This document shows positions 27,764-37,482 of a stretch of DNA of 64,000 nt, in pieces (position 1 is the stretch's first letter; each line of letters begins with the position of its first letter). Position numbers and translations under genes: made by a program. Below the pieces are notes generated by a model, which saw only the letters and a list, made by a program, of their open reading frames with translations, had not been told where the DNA came from and did not search any database. Origin of the DNA: Bacilli bacterium. Lineage in GTDB: Bacteria; Bacillota_I; Bacilli_A; RF39; UBA660. The stretch lies in assembly GCA_017936845.1 (NCBI GenBank), contig JAGBES010000018.1, positions 92 to 64,091 on the forward strand, in the 5' to 3' direction.

Positions 27764-30589
27764 TTATATATATTCTTTAGTAATACTTATTATTTTATTT
27801 ATAGAATTTATTAAATTATCAAAATCATTATTTACATATTCTATATCATTTTCTTTACTTTTCATTTCATGTTCTAATGCCTTACCTGATAGTTCTTTAA
27901 AACCTAAATATCTTGAATCACTTTTTAAAGCATGTGCTTCTATAGCATAATTATTCATATCTTTTTGTTCTTTAAATGTTTTTAATTTATTAATTCTTTC
28001 ATTTATATTGTTTAAGAATTCCTTTAAAGTATCATTATACATATCTATATCGCCTAGAAGTTCTAAACCATTATCAATATCTATTCCATTTTGTTTTAAA
28101 TAATCTATATTATTTTTATTATTTTCTTTTGTTATATAAACTGAAGAAAACTGTTTTGGTGTTTCTATTTTTTCTTTATAAGCTTCACTTTTATTATCAT
28201 TTATTTCAAATAAATATTCTGGTAATTCTCCAAATTTAGATTTATTATTTTCTTTACTATCTTCTATTATTTTATCTATCTTTGCATCTTCTATTTTTAT
28301 TTCTTTTGTGTTTGAATCTTTTAAAAACAGAAATTTTAATATTCTATTTAATTCATTTTTATTTATTGGTTTTGATAAATATTCATCAAATCCTTCTGTT
28401 AAATATTGTTCTTTCATACCATCTATAGCATTTGCAGTTAAAGCTACTACTGGTATATTAAATCCTGATATTTTTTCCAATTCATGAAATGTTTCTACAC
28501 CACTTTTATTAGGCATCATATCATCCATAAATATTAAATCATACTTATTACCATTCTTTATTTTTTCTATACATTCATCACCACTTAATGCTTCATCTAT
28601 ATCTGGATTGTATTGTTTTAAGAATGTAGTTGCTACTTTTATATTTAACTTATTATCATCAACTATTAATACTCTTTTTCCTGTTAAATCAAATACATTA
28701 ATATCATTTACAGAATTATCTTCTTTTTTTTCTATAACAGGTTCTTCTACATGTTTTTCTTCTACATTTATACTACTTTCGTTTTTTAAATATTTAATTA
28801 AAATAGTATGAAGTTTATCTTTATCTATTGGTTTTGCTAAATAATCATTAAATCCTTCTTTTTTATATTTTTCTTCCATACCTGATATAGCATTTGCTGT
28901 TAATACCACTACTGGTGTGTTAAAGTTTTCTATTTGTTTTAATCTAAGTAATGTTTCGCCACCACTCATTCTAGGCATCATATCATCCATTAAAATTAAA
29001 TCATATTTATTTCCACTATTAATTTTATCTAGACATTCCATACCACTTTCTACTGTTTCAATAGTTGGTTTATATTTTTCAAGGATTTTAGTTGCTACTT
29101 TTAAATTTAATTTATTATCATCTACTACTAATATTTTTTTATTTGTTAAATCTAAATCATTAAATTCTTTTATTTCTGCTTTTTCTACCTTTGTTTCACT
29201 TATTTTTTGATCTAAGGCAATTGTAAATTTAGAACCTTCTCCAAATGTACTATTTACAACTATTTTTCCTCCCATTAAATCAACTAGTTGTTTTGTAATA
29301 GCAAGTCCAAGTCCTGTTCCTTCTATTGTTGTATTTCTATCTTCTTCTAATCTTTGGAATTTTGTAAATAATTTATCTATATCTTTTTCTTTTATTCCAC
29401 GTCCACTATCTTCTACACTTATAATTAATCTACATATATCATTTGTATTTACACATTTAACACTTAAATCAACAAATCCTTTATCTGTATATTTTATAGC
29501 ATTTGTTAAAATATTTATTATTACTTTTTTTACATTAGCATGATCACCATATAAAGTTTCTGGTATATCAGGAGCTATATTTACTCTAAATTCTAGAGGT
29601 TTTTCTCCTAATCTTCCTCTTCCTAATTTTACTATACTATCAAATAATTCTTTAGAATTATAGCTTGAATTATGTATTTCTATTTTTCCTGCTTCTATTT
29701 TACTTATATCTAATATTCCATTGACTATTTCAAGTAAAGTATTTGAAGCACTAATTATATCATCAGCATTATCTTGTGCTTCATCTAATGTTTTAGATTG
29801 TTTTATACATTCTGAGAATCCTACTATTGCATTTAATGGAGTTCTAATTTCATGACTCATACTTGATAAGAAATCTGTTTTTGCTCTATTTGCTTTATCT
29901 GCTTGATCTTTAGCAATATTTAATTGTTCTATCATTTTAACATCTGGATTTTCTATAGTATGATACATAATTAAAACCACGTAGCCCATTACAAATGGTT
30001 CAAAAATAACAGATGGTATTTGACTTCTTAAAATTAGACCTACAATGGCAAGCAAAATTAATGCATATAATGGATAATATTTTCTATTTTTAATATTATC
30101 TTTATCTCTTATAATTGCAGATATTACACATAAAATTATTCCTATAGCGAATAATGCAACCGTTATATAAGCACAATCTGGAGATAAACCTATTGAGTTT
30201 ATTGATTCTCCTTCTATTATAGGTGTACATGGTAAACACAACGTTAAAATTGAAGCAATCCATGCTGTTGCAAAACCTATTTTTTTTAATATATTATACT
30301 TTTTATTATTGAATCCTGATACATTATAAACATAGAAAAACATTAAACATGCCCACATTATTATCATAACCATATCTATTTTTTGTAGTACACTAAATAC
30401 AGTTAAATTTCCGTGTAAAATAACATAAGTTATTCCAATTACATTAAAAGCACATTCAATAAAATTAACTATCAAAAGGTATGAATATATTTTTGTTTCT
30501 TTATTAGATATATTTTTTTTAGAAAAAAATATAATTATTATTAAAATATCAACTAATAATGCAGCTAATGGAAAAAAAATTGCTGTCAC
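27764..30589 (-). CDS. Hybrid sensor histidine kinase: polytopic N-terminal sensor, HisKA/HATPase core, two receiver domains and a C-terminal Hpt domain
   Basis: H-box SHEIRTPLNAI, and N and G boxes (GTGLGLAI). Two REC domains (LILMDDMMPRMSG and LIFMDDMMPNKSG, each followed by LTANA). Hpt-like HALKSDSRYLG. Confidence 0.9.
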   Translation of the reverse strand: MTAIFFPLAALLVDILIIIIFFSKKNISNKETKIYSYLLIVNFIECAFNVIGITYVILHGNLTVFSVLQKIDMVMIIMWACLMFFYVYNVSGFNNKKYNILKKIGFATAWIASILTLCLPCTPIIEGESINSIGLSPDCAYITVALFAIGIILCVISAIIRDKDNIKNRKYYPLYALILLAIVGLILRSQIPSVIFEPFVMGYVVLIMYHTIENPDVKMIEQLNIAKDQADKANRAKTDFLSSMSHEIRTPLNAIVGFSECIKQSKTLDEAQDNADDIISASNTLLEIVNGILDISKIEAGKIEIHNSSYNSKELFDSIVKLGRGRLGEKPLEFRVNIAPDIPETLYGDHANVKKVIINILTNAIKYTDKGFVDLSVKCVNTNDICRLIISVEDSGRGIKEKDIDKLFTKFQRLEEDRNTTIEGTGLGLAITKQLVDLMGGKIVVNSTFGEGSKFTIALDQKISETKVEKAEIKEFNDLDLTNKKILVVDDNKLNLKVATKILEKYKPTIETVESGMECLDKINSGNKYDLILMDDMMPRMSGGETLLRLKQIENFNTPVVVLTANAISGMEEKYKKEGFNDYLAKPIDKDKLHTILIKYLKNESSINVEEKHVEEPVIEKKEDNSVNDINVFDLTGKRVLIVDDNKLNIKVATTFLKQYNPDIDEALSGDECIEKIKNGNKYDLIFMDDMMPNKSGVETFHELEKISGFNIPVVALTANAIDGMKEQYLTEGFDEYLSKPINKNELNRILKFLFLKDSNTKEIKIEDAKIDKIIEDSKENNKSKFGELPEYLFEINDNKSEAYKEKIETPKQFSSVYITKENNKNNIDYLKQNGIDIDNGLELLGDIDMYNDTLKEFLNNINERINKLKTFKEQKDMNNYAIEAHALKSDSRYLGFKELSGKALEHEMKSKENDIEYVNNDFDNLINSINKIISITKEYI

Positions 30590-30593
30590 ACTA

Positions 30594-31640
30594 TCACCTA
30601 CTCTTTAATTTTTCTTTTATTTCTTTTTGAATTATAATTGGTAAACTATCATCTTTTTTAAATATAAAAGCATTATCTTTAGAAAGTTTTATATTCTTTA
30701 TATATGAATAAACATCTTCTGGGAAACAAATATTTTTTTCTTTAAATCTTCTTTCTTTTAATATTTTTTCATTATAATATGGCTTTTTTGTTTTAGGATT
30801 TATCCATTCATTTAATCTAGTATCAACAAATTTTTTTAATTCATCTTCATACGATCCTAAATTTTTTCTCTCCTCTATACTTCTTGATTCATAAATTTCC
30901 CATTTTAAACTAGCCAATATATTTCTTAAATTTTCTCTTTGATTATCAATATAGTTTTTTTTGTTTTCTTCTGTAACTTCAGAACCATTGATTTTAAAAT
31001 TTTCTCCTATATTTACATAAAAATCTTTGTCATATTGTTCTACAGCAACTGGGATAATATCACATCCCGTTTCTAAGGCCATATTTATAATTCCAGGAAA
31101 TAGTGGTAATGATAATAAATTTGATGTTAAATTCCAAATACCTTCTGGATATATTAATAAATTTTCATTATTTTTTAATAATTGTTTTGATGTTTCTAAC
31201 GCTATATGTCTGTCTTCTTTTGAATTTGTATCACAATATATAAGACCGTTTAATGACAAAAGTAATCCATCTCCAGAACGATACATTGTTTCAGGATCTC
31301 CAGCAAATGGATATTGGTGATCTTTTATAGCTTCACATACAATTTGATAATCATACATTCCCATATGCGTTATAGCATATATTACAGGTTTATCTGATTT
31401 GATTCTTTTATCATTTATCACTGTTAAGTTTTGTTTGGCAATAAATTTTCTATTTAATCTAATTAAAGATAATAGAACTGGATGTAATTTATCTCGCCAT
31501 CCAAGTCCTTTTAAAATTTTTCCATTTTCAAATTCATACTTTCTCTTTTGTAAATAATATTCACATAATTCATCATCTTTTAATAATAATTCTCTCCAAA
31601 ATGAAAGTGGTTTAAATTCTTTATTCATTGTTATCACCAT
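30594..31640 (-). CDS. PlsC-family acyltransferase (1-acyl-sn-glycerol-3-phosphate acyltransferase-like)
   Basis: HX4D motif HMGMYD and the YPEG motif. The start may be MNKEF at 31628. Confidence 0.7.
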   Translation of the reverse strand: MVITMNKEFKPLSFWRELLLKDDELCEYYLQKRKYEFENGKILKGLGWRDKLHPVLLSLIRLNRKFIAKQNLTVINDKRIKSDKPVIYAITHMGMYDYQIVCEAIKDHQYPFAGDPETMYRSGDGLLLSLNGLIYCDTNSKEDRHIALETSKQLLKNNENLLIYPEGIWNLTSNLLSLPLFPGIINMALETGCDIIPVAVEQYDKDFYVNIGENFKINGSEVTEENKKNYIDNQRENLRNILASLKWEIYESRSIEERKNLGSYEDELKKFVDTRLNEWINPKTKKPYYNEKILKERRFKEKNICFPEDVYSYIKNIKLSKDNAFIFKKDDSLPIIIQKEIKEKLKSR

Positions 31641-32535
31641 TATTTATTATATTTGCTATATCTTCTATAACCATATTACCTTCTTTTGTTGGATAAGCAC
31701 CAAAATCATGACCTTGACCTTTATATTCAATATAATTATGTTCAATTTTATTATCTTCTAATATTTTACTAAGCTTTATACAATCTGGTTTTAAAATATC
31801 TTTTTCTCCAGTAATTATAGTTATTTTTCCTAAATCATTAAACTCTCCATATATTGGACTTACTAAGAAATTCTTAACATCTAAATCATCAGCCCATAAT
31901 TTTCCTGCATATTGATTTCCTGCTATACCGCTCATTGGATCTTTTTTTTCTGATTTTTTTAATTCTGGATTAGACATTGATATGTCAACCCATGGTGACA
32001 TCATTATAATATTTGTAGGTTGAAAATTATTTTTATTTCTCAAATACATTGCATACGATAATATAAATCCACCACCTGCTGAATCCCCTAAAAAATTTAT
32101 ATTATTAGTTTTTGATAACATTTTTTCATATAACTCATCAATTAGTTTATACATAGTTTTATAATTACCTTTGGGAGCTAAAGGATATATTGGCATTATT
32201 AATGTAGAATTAGTTTTTTTTGCTATTTTCATTGCAAATTTAATTTGATAATCTATGGCTTCTTCTATATATGATCCACCATGTATATATAATAATAACT
32301 TATTTTTAGGTTTATCAAAAGTTCCATTATAAGTATATACTTTCATATAACTGTAATTTTCTAACTTCATCCCCATTTTTTTAGGTAAATTATATTTATT
32401 ATTTAATTTAGAAAGACTTTCTATATATTTCTTTGTTTCATTTTCATCTGAGAATATCTTTTTACTACTTGTAAAATTAAATAAAAAATTAATTAATCTA
32501 CTTCGTAAAGAAATTTTATTATAAAATTTTTTCAT
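31621..32535 (-). CDS. Alpha/beta hydrolase (esterase/lipase, HGG type)
   Basis: Oxyanion HGGSY, nucleophile elbow GDSAGG, and a C-terminal HDF. The likely start is MKKFYNK at 32535, preceded by AAGGTGA. The ORF track extends to 32592. Confidence 0.8.
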   Translation of the reverse strand: MKKFYNKISLRSRLINFLFNFTSSKKIFSDENETKKYIESLSKLNNKYNLPKKMGMKLENYSYMKVYTYNGTFDKPKNKLLLYIHGGSYIEEAIDYQIKFAMKIAKKTNSTLIMPIYPLAPKGNYKTMYKLIDELYEKMLSKTNNINFLGDSAGGGFILSYAMYLRNKNNFQPTNIIMMSPWVDISMSNPELKKSEKKDPMSGIAGNQYAGKLWADDLDVKNFLVSPIYGEFNDLGKITIITGEKDILKPDCIKLSKILEDNKIEHNYIEYKGQGHDFGAYPTKEGNMVIEDIANIINNGDNNE

Positions 32536-32695
32536 TAAGGTCACCTTACATCTATCCTTACAAATTATATCATATATTGACAAAAACAACAATAAATATT
32601 TATATTTTGAGGTCGATTTAGGTTTCTTTAATTTTTGATTGTTATTTCAATTTATTAATTTTTAATAAAAAAAGAAGATTTATTATCTTCCTAAG

Positions 32696-33490
32696 CTATT
32701 TATTTTTCTTTACTTCAGCATATACTTCTTTATGATCTGTTACATATGGTATATCCTTAACACCACTATTTATAACTTTCCAATCATTTGGTATAAAAAT
32801 ATGATCTATGGCTGTTTTATTTTCAAATTTATCAGCATTTGTTTTTTCATTAACTTCTACTCTTTTTAATCCCATATTTTTTAATTCATCATTAAAACTA
32901 TCAAAGTATTCAGTTCCAAGTTCCATATTGAAATCACCAGTTAAAATTACAGGATATTCTTTTGAATACTTTTTTATAAGTTGTTTTAAAAACTTTAATT
33001 GTCTTTTTTGTATACTTGGTATTTGATAATCTAAATGAGTATTTATAGAACATATAACTCCCATTGTTTCATTTTTTGTTATAGTAATTGTTACAATTCT
33101 AGGCATTATAGATGCTTTAGATATAGAAATTACTAAATCTTTTGGATTATTAGGAATCCATGGTAACATTTCAGTTTTTTCTTCTATTACTTCATCTTTT
33201 GTAATAATATTATTATTTTCATTAAAATCATTTATAAATGGTATTTTCTTTGCTAGTAATGAACTACCATATCTATAATTACCATATAATTTATATTTTA
33301 CTAAATTACTAGTTATATTATTTACAAAATTTCTTGTTAATTCTTGTGTACCTAATATATCATATTGTTCTTCTTCAATATGTTGTGCAACTAATTTAGA
33401 TGTATCAATACCATCTTCTCTTAATCCACCATTTCTATTAACTTTATTATTTTGTAAATTAACTGTTCCTATTTTTATTGAATCTTTCAT
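32696..33490 (-). CDS. Endonuclease/exonuclease/phosphatase (EEP) family protein, paralog A
   Basis: GT(V/L)NL, GTQE, LTGDFN and the C-terminal TDH motifs. Clear paralog of 40049..40831. Confidence 0.8.
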   Translation of the reverse strand: MKDSIKIGTVNLQNNKVNRNGGLREDGIDTSKLVAQHIEEEQYDILGTQELTRNFVNNITSNLVKYKLYGNYRYGSSLLAKKIPFINDFNENNNIITKDEVIEEKTEMLPWIPNNPKDLVISISKASIMPRIVTITITKNETMGVICSINTHLDYQIPSIQKRQLKFLKQLIKKYSKEYPVILTGDFNMELGTEYFDSFNDELKNMGLKRVEVNEKTNADKFENKTAIDHIFIPNDWKVINSGVKDIPYVTDHKEVYAEVKKNK

Positions 33491-33561
33491 ATATTCTCTT
33501 CTTTCATATTTATTATTATATAAATAAGTAACTATTTCATATAAGCCTTTAATAATTGTTT

Positions 33562-34323
33562 TTAATATAATTTTTTAATAATTTTTTTGTTTTTTGTCAA
33601 AATCGTTTCATTGCTTGTAATAAATATTGTAGATAATGAATTTATTTTTTCATAATCAAATTTTTCTAAATTAGTTATAATTATTTCTTGATTACTATAA
33701 CCCATATTATTTACAATTCCAATAATGGTTTCAACAGGTCTATATTTGAAAATAACTTCTATAGCTATTTTTAAATTATCAAAATTTTTATTACAAGGAC
33801 TATAAAATACTATACCTAAATCCGTTTTTGCTATATTATTTAATTTTATAATTAGTTCATCTCTTGTTGTAAAATTTTCACTTAAAGATATAATTGCAAA
33901 ATCCTTTACAAGTGGAGCACCCAACATTGCTGCTCCAGACAAAGCAGAAGTAATTCCAGGAATTATTTCAACTTCAACTTCTTTTTTACAATTCTCTACT
34001 TCCTTTAAAACAATCCCGGCTATACCATATATTCCAGTATCTCCACTTCCAAGTATGGAAACAATATTATGGTTAGAAGCAGCATCTATTGCATTACAAC
34101 ATCTTCTAAAAGTAGCATTATAATCATTAAAAATTAATTTTTCACTGCTATAATATATCTTAATCTTTTCATATAATTTTTCATCACAAAAAACCAACTC
34201 CGAATTTTTTATTATTCTATCTGCTTTTATTGTTAAATTTTCATACAATCCATTACCAGTTCCAATAACATACAATTTTCCCATAACAACTTTCCCAACT
34301 ATTATTTTATTAATATTCGCCAA
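33562..34323 (-). CDS. Tetrapyrrole-methylase family protein resembling CbiH/CobJ (precorrin-3B C17-methyltransferase-like)
   Basis: LYVIGTGNG, GSGDTGIYGIAGIVLKE, and IPGITSALSGAAMLGAPLVKDFAIISLS closely resemble the CbiH/CobJ motifs. An alternative ATG start lies at 34284. Last gene of the radical SAM operon. Confidence 0.8.
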   Translation of the reverse strand: MANINKIIVGKVVMGKLYVIGTGNGLYENLTIKADRIIKNSELVFCDEKLYEKIKIYYSSEKLIFNDYNATFRRCCNAIDAASNHNIVSILGSGDTGIYGIAGIVLKEVENCKKEVEVEIIPGITSALSGAAMLGAPLVKDFAIISLSENFTTRDELIIKLNNIAKTDLGIVFYSPCNKNFDNLKIAIEVIFKYRPVETIIGIVNNMGYSNQEIIITNLEKFDYEKINSLSTIFITSNETILTKNKKIIKKLY

Positions 34324-34814
34324 GCACCGAAGTTTTTTGAAAAATTTACTAAATCATCTAACTTCATTTTTATATGTATATAATCATTTTTACTTGGAAT
34401 AACTACTCTAGCAACATTATTATTTACATTGGTAATTATTATATAATGGCCACCACTTTTGGTAGGATCATTATATAATAATCTTGATTCAACATTAATA
34501 ATAATGTATCTACTTGACATAATCTCTTTTTTTAAAATTTTTTCATTAAGTTTTCTTTTATATATTTTATAACCTAAATTATAATACTTTTTAATCACTT
34601 CAAATCCATCAAATGCAATATTATTATATTTTTTATAATCATGTAATAATTTACTTTTATAGCATTTTATAATAACTTCTGATTCTAAAATACTATTTAA
34701 ATTTATTCCCATTTCAACTATCCAAAATAATTTTGAATTCAAATTATAATTTAAATAATTCATCTCATCTAATATATATTTTATACATGAACTACCACAA
34801 TTTAATTCTTCCAT
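34302..34814 (-). CDS. Stand-alone C39-like (papain-fold bacteriocin-processing type) cysteine peptidase domain protein
   Basis: N-terminal NCGSSCIKYIL resembles the C39 catalytic Cys context. The later GGHYIIITNV resembles the catalytic His context. There is no fused ABC transporter. Confidence 0.5.
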   Translation of the reverse strand: MEELNCGSSCIKYILDEMNYLNYNLNSKLFWIVEMGINLNSILESEVIIKCYKSKLLHDYKKYNNIAFDGFEVIKKYYNLGYKIYKRKLNEKILKKEIMSSRYIIINVESRLLYNDPTKSGGHYIIITNVNNNVARVVIPSKNDYIHIKMKLDDLVNFSKNFGAWRILIK

Positions 34815-36850
34815 TTTTTTTCAATCTTCTTTTGATTATAAACAGTTAAACTATGTTGTGCTCTAGTACAGACAACATAAAATAAGTTTTTATCTTTTTC
34901 TTGATACAAGTTATTTTTTTCAACAAAAGCTATTACTCCATCAAACTCTAATCCTTTGGATATATATGATGGTAATATAACTAAATCACCTAATTCCCCA
35001 TGGGCCATACCATCAATTAATGAAATTTCATCTATACTATTCTTTAATTTTTCATAAATCTTTTTTGTTTCTAATAAATTTTTAGTTATAATAGCTATTC
35101 GTTTTATTCCAATACTTTTCATATGTTCTATATCATATTTTAATTCATCTATAATGTTGTTTTTTTCAACATCTTTCAAAACAACTGGTAATGAATTACT
35201 TCTTCTAATAGAACAAGCATGTTTTAAATCTAGTATTTTATTTGTATATTCAATTATTTCTTCACTAGAACGATAAGTTTTATTTAATTCTATATAATTT
35301 CCTTTATTATTAAATATATGATTAATATTTGATAAATCATTATATTTATAAAATGGATTTATTGTTTGATTTACATCCCCTAATATTGTAAAAGATGATC
35401 TTGGAAATATATTTTTTAATAACTCGAATTGTAATAAAGAATAATCTTGAGCCTCATCTATTACAACATGTTTAATTGTACTACTAATCGGATAACCATT
35501 CATTTCAAAAAATATATACATTATCGGAATTAAATCTTCATATTTTAAAACTTTTAAACTATTTTTATCAAAATCATAAATATTAAGTGAATTTAATAGA
35601 CCATTGTATATTGAATTAACATTTAAATCTATATTTAAATTAGCTTTTAATTTTTCTTTAATTAATTTTCCATTTTTTTTGTATGATAAATTAAAACAAT
35701 CACATATATATTCTGATAAATATTCTAATCTCGAAAAAACTGGAATCCTAATATATTTTTCATTAAATAAATGTGTCAATTCTTCTTTTGAAATTATCAA
35801 TTCATTAAATTTAATATCACTAGTAAAACAAATCGTTTTTTTCATTTGATTTAAATAATTATCAATTGCAGATTTAAAATCATCAGATAATTTAAATTTT
35901 ATTTCTTCATATATTTTTTGCTCAATATTTTTTTGTTTATAGTATCTATCAATAAATTCACTATAACTTTCTATTTTTTTGTATTCTTTGATATAAGAAC
36001 TAGCAAAATCACTAAAGGTTGTTTGTAATACATTATTTTCTCCTAATTCTGGTAATACATCAGAAATATAATCAGAAAAAACATCATTTGGAGAAAAAAT
36101 TAAAATATTATTTGAATTTAAATTTTTTTCTTTATATAGTAAATAAGCAATTCTATGTAATGCAACAGAAGTTTTTCCACTTCCAGCAACACCTTGTACA
36201 ATTAGATATTTATCAATAATATTTCTTATAATCTGATTTTGTTCTCTTTGAATTGTATTTACAATATTTGTCATTTTTTCAGATGAAGAATTAGCAAGTA
36301 TCTCCTGCAAATATTCGTCATCAATATTTATATTACTATCAAAACAACGTTCAATTATATCATTATTGATTTTGTATTGACGTTTTAACTTTATTTCACC
36401 GTTTACTTGACCACATGGAGCTTCATATTCTGCTGTTCCTGTTTCATAATTATAAAACAAACTTGAAATTGGTGCTCTCCAATCATATACATAAAAACAA
36501 AGATCTTCAATAATACCTGTTATACCTATATAAATTTTTTCAACTTCATCATCACACTCAAAATCAACTCTTCCAAAATATGGACTTTTAAGAGATTTTT
36601 TTAATTTTTGTAACATATCAATACTTACATTAGTAACACTAACATTATTATTAATATCAGATAAATTATGCATTACTTCAATATCGTCTAAATCACCTAC
36701 ATTTTCCCAAACATATTTTTTCATTTCAACTATTAAATCTGCACTACTTTTAATATTTTCATCACTTTTATCAATTTGTTTTTGTATAATATTTCTAGTA
36801 AGCTTCAAATATTCTTCTTCTTCTTTTAGTAAATTCTCATTTATATTCAT
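34802..36850 (-). CDS. HelD-like (helicase IV-like) UvrD/Rep superfamily 1 helicase
   Basis: HelD-type N-terminal motif SPYFGRVDF...IYIG. Walker A GVAGSGKTSVALHRIAYLLY, Walker B VIDEAQDYS, and the C-terminal LFYVVCTRAQHSL. Confidence 0.85.
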   Translation of the reverse strand: MNINENLLKEEEEYLKLTRNIIQKQIDKSDENIKSSADLIVEMKKYVWENVGDLDDIEVMHNLSDINNNVSVTNVSIDMLQKLKKSLKSPYFGRVDFECDDEVEKIYIGITGIIEDLCFYVYDWRAPISSLFYNYETGTAEYEAPCGQVNGEIKLKRQYKINNDIIERCFDSNINIDDEYLQEILANSSSEKMTNIVNTIQREQNQIIRNIIDKYLIVQGVAGSGKTSVALHRIAYLLYKEKNLNSNNILIFSPNDVFSDYISDVLPELGENNVLQTTFSDFASSYIKEYKKIESYSEFIDRYYKQKNIEQKIYEEIKFKLSDDFKSAIDNYLNQMKKTICFTSDIKFNELIISKEELTHLFNEKYIRIPVFSRLEYLSEYICDCFNLSYKKNGKLIKEKLKANLNIDLNVNSIYNGLLNSLNIYDFDKNSLKVLKYEDLIPIMYIFFEMNGYPISSTIKHVVIDEAQDYSLLQFELLKNIFPRSSFTILGDVNQTINPFYKYNDLSNINHIFNNKGNYIELNKTYRSSEEIIEYTNKILDLKHACSIRRSNSLPVVLKDVEKNNIIDELKYDIEHMKSIGIKRIAIITKNLLETKKIYEKLKNSIDEISLIDGMAHGELGDLVILPSYISKGLEFDGVIAFVEKNNLYQEKDKNLFYVVCTRAQHSLTVYNQKKIEKKWKN

Positions 36851-37482
36851 ATATTCTTTGCCTTTCTAATATATTTTTTAAAATCAATTTTCTCAAAACT
36901 ATTATAAAATGTTCCAAATGAATTTTCTGGATGAACAGAAGCTAAAAACATAATATTATCTTGTAATTTATCCATTTCATAATTTACAATTGGTAATTCA
37001 ATTTCATCCATTACAACAACAACATCTTTTATGATTTTATTATGTTCTAACAATATAGCCATTAACACAATTTGTTGTGATAAATCATTATATATTTTTC
37101 TATAATATTTATAACAATCAATTGATTTTGTCTTATCATAAACTTCATGACCTTTTTCTAAAAAATATGAAACATCAAAGCATATTATATTACTTTTACA
37201 ACTTGATAACTCAAAATATGGAAAATTGTTTTTATAATTTTTAATATAATCTCCTATTAAATATTCATTTATATTTATTTTTTGTTTGTCAATAACATTA
37301 ATATACTCAGAATCAGGATATTTTTTTATTACTTTTTTCAATAATGATTTTTCTTCATGTTCTGTTGCAGAATCTAATACAATTATAAATTTATTTTGTA
37401 ATATATACTTGTCTATTTCATTCATTAAATATGTAGTTTTGCCAACATTTCTATCTTCAACAATTAACTGATTGTTTGTCAT
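36847..37482 (-). CDS. Small P-loop NTPase-like protein (211 aa)
   Basis: Walker A-like DRNVGKTTYL near the N-terminus and Walker B-like VVVVMDEIE. A GAGGA Shine-Dalgarno sequence lies inside the end of the radical SAM gene. Its stop overlaps the helicase start (ATGA). Confidence 0.5.
   Translation of the reverse strand: MTNNQLIVEDRNVGKTTYLMNEIDKYILQNKFIIVLDSATEHEEKSLLKKVIKKYPDSEYINVIDKQKININEYLIGDYIKNYKNNFPYFELSSCKSNIICFDVSYFLEKGHEVYDKTKSIDCYKYYRKIYNDLSQQIVLMAILLEHNKIIKDVVVVMDEIELPIVNYEMDKLQDNIMFLASVHPENSFGTFYNSFEKIDFKKYIRKAKNI

Noticed and set aside
34802-37482. Interpretation of the P-loop protein plus UvrD-like helicase as a Gabija-type (GajA/GajB) defence pair.
   Set aside because: The 211-aa P-loop protein is far too small and shows no OLD/Toprim nuclease features. 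The helicase has HelD-type N-terminal motifs. Both genes are translationally coupled to the radical SAM gene.
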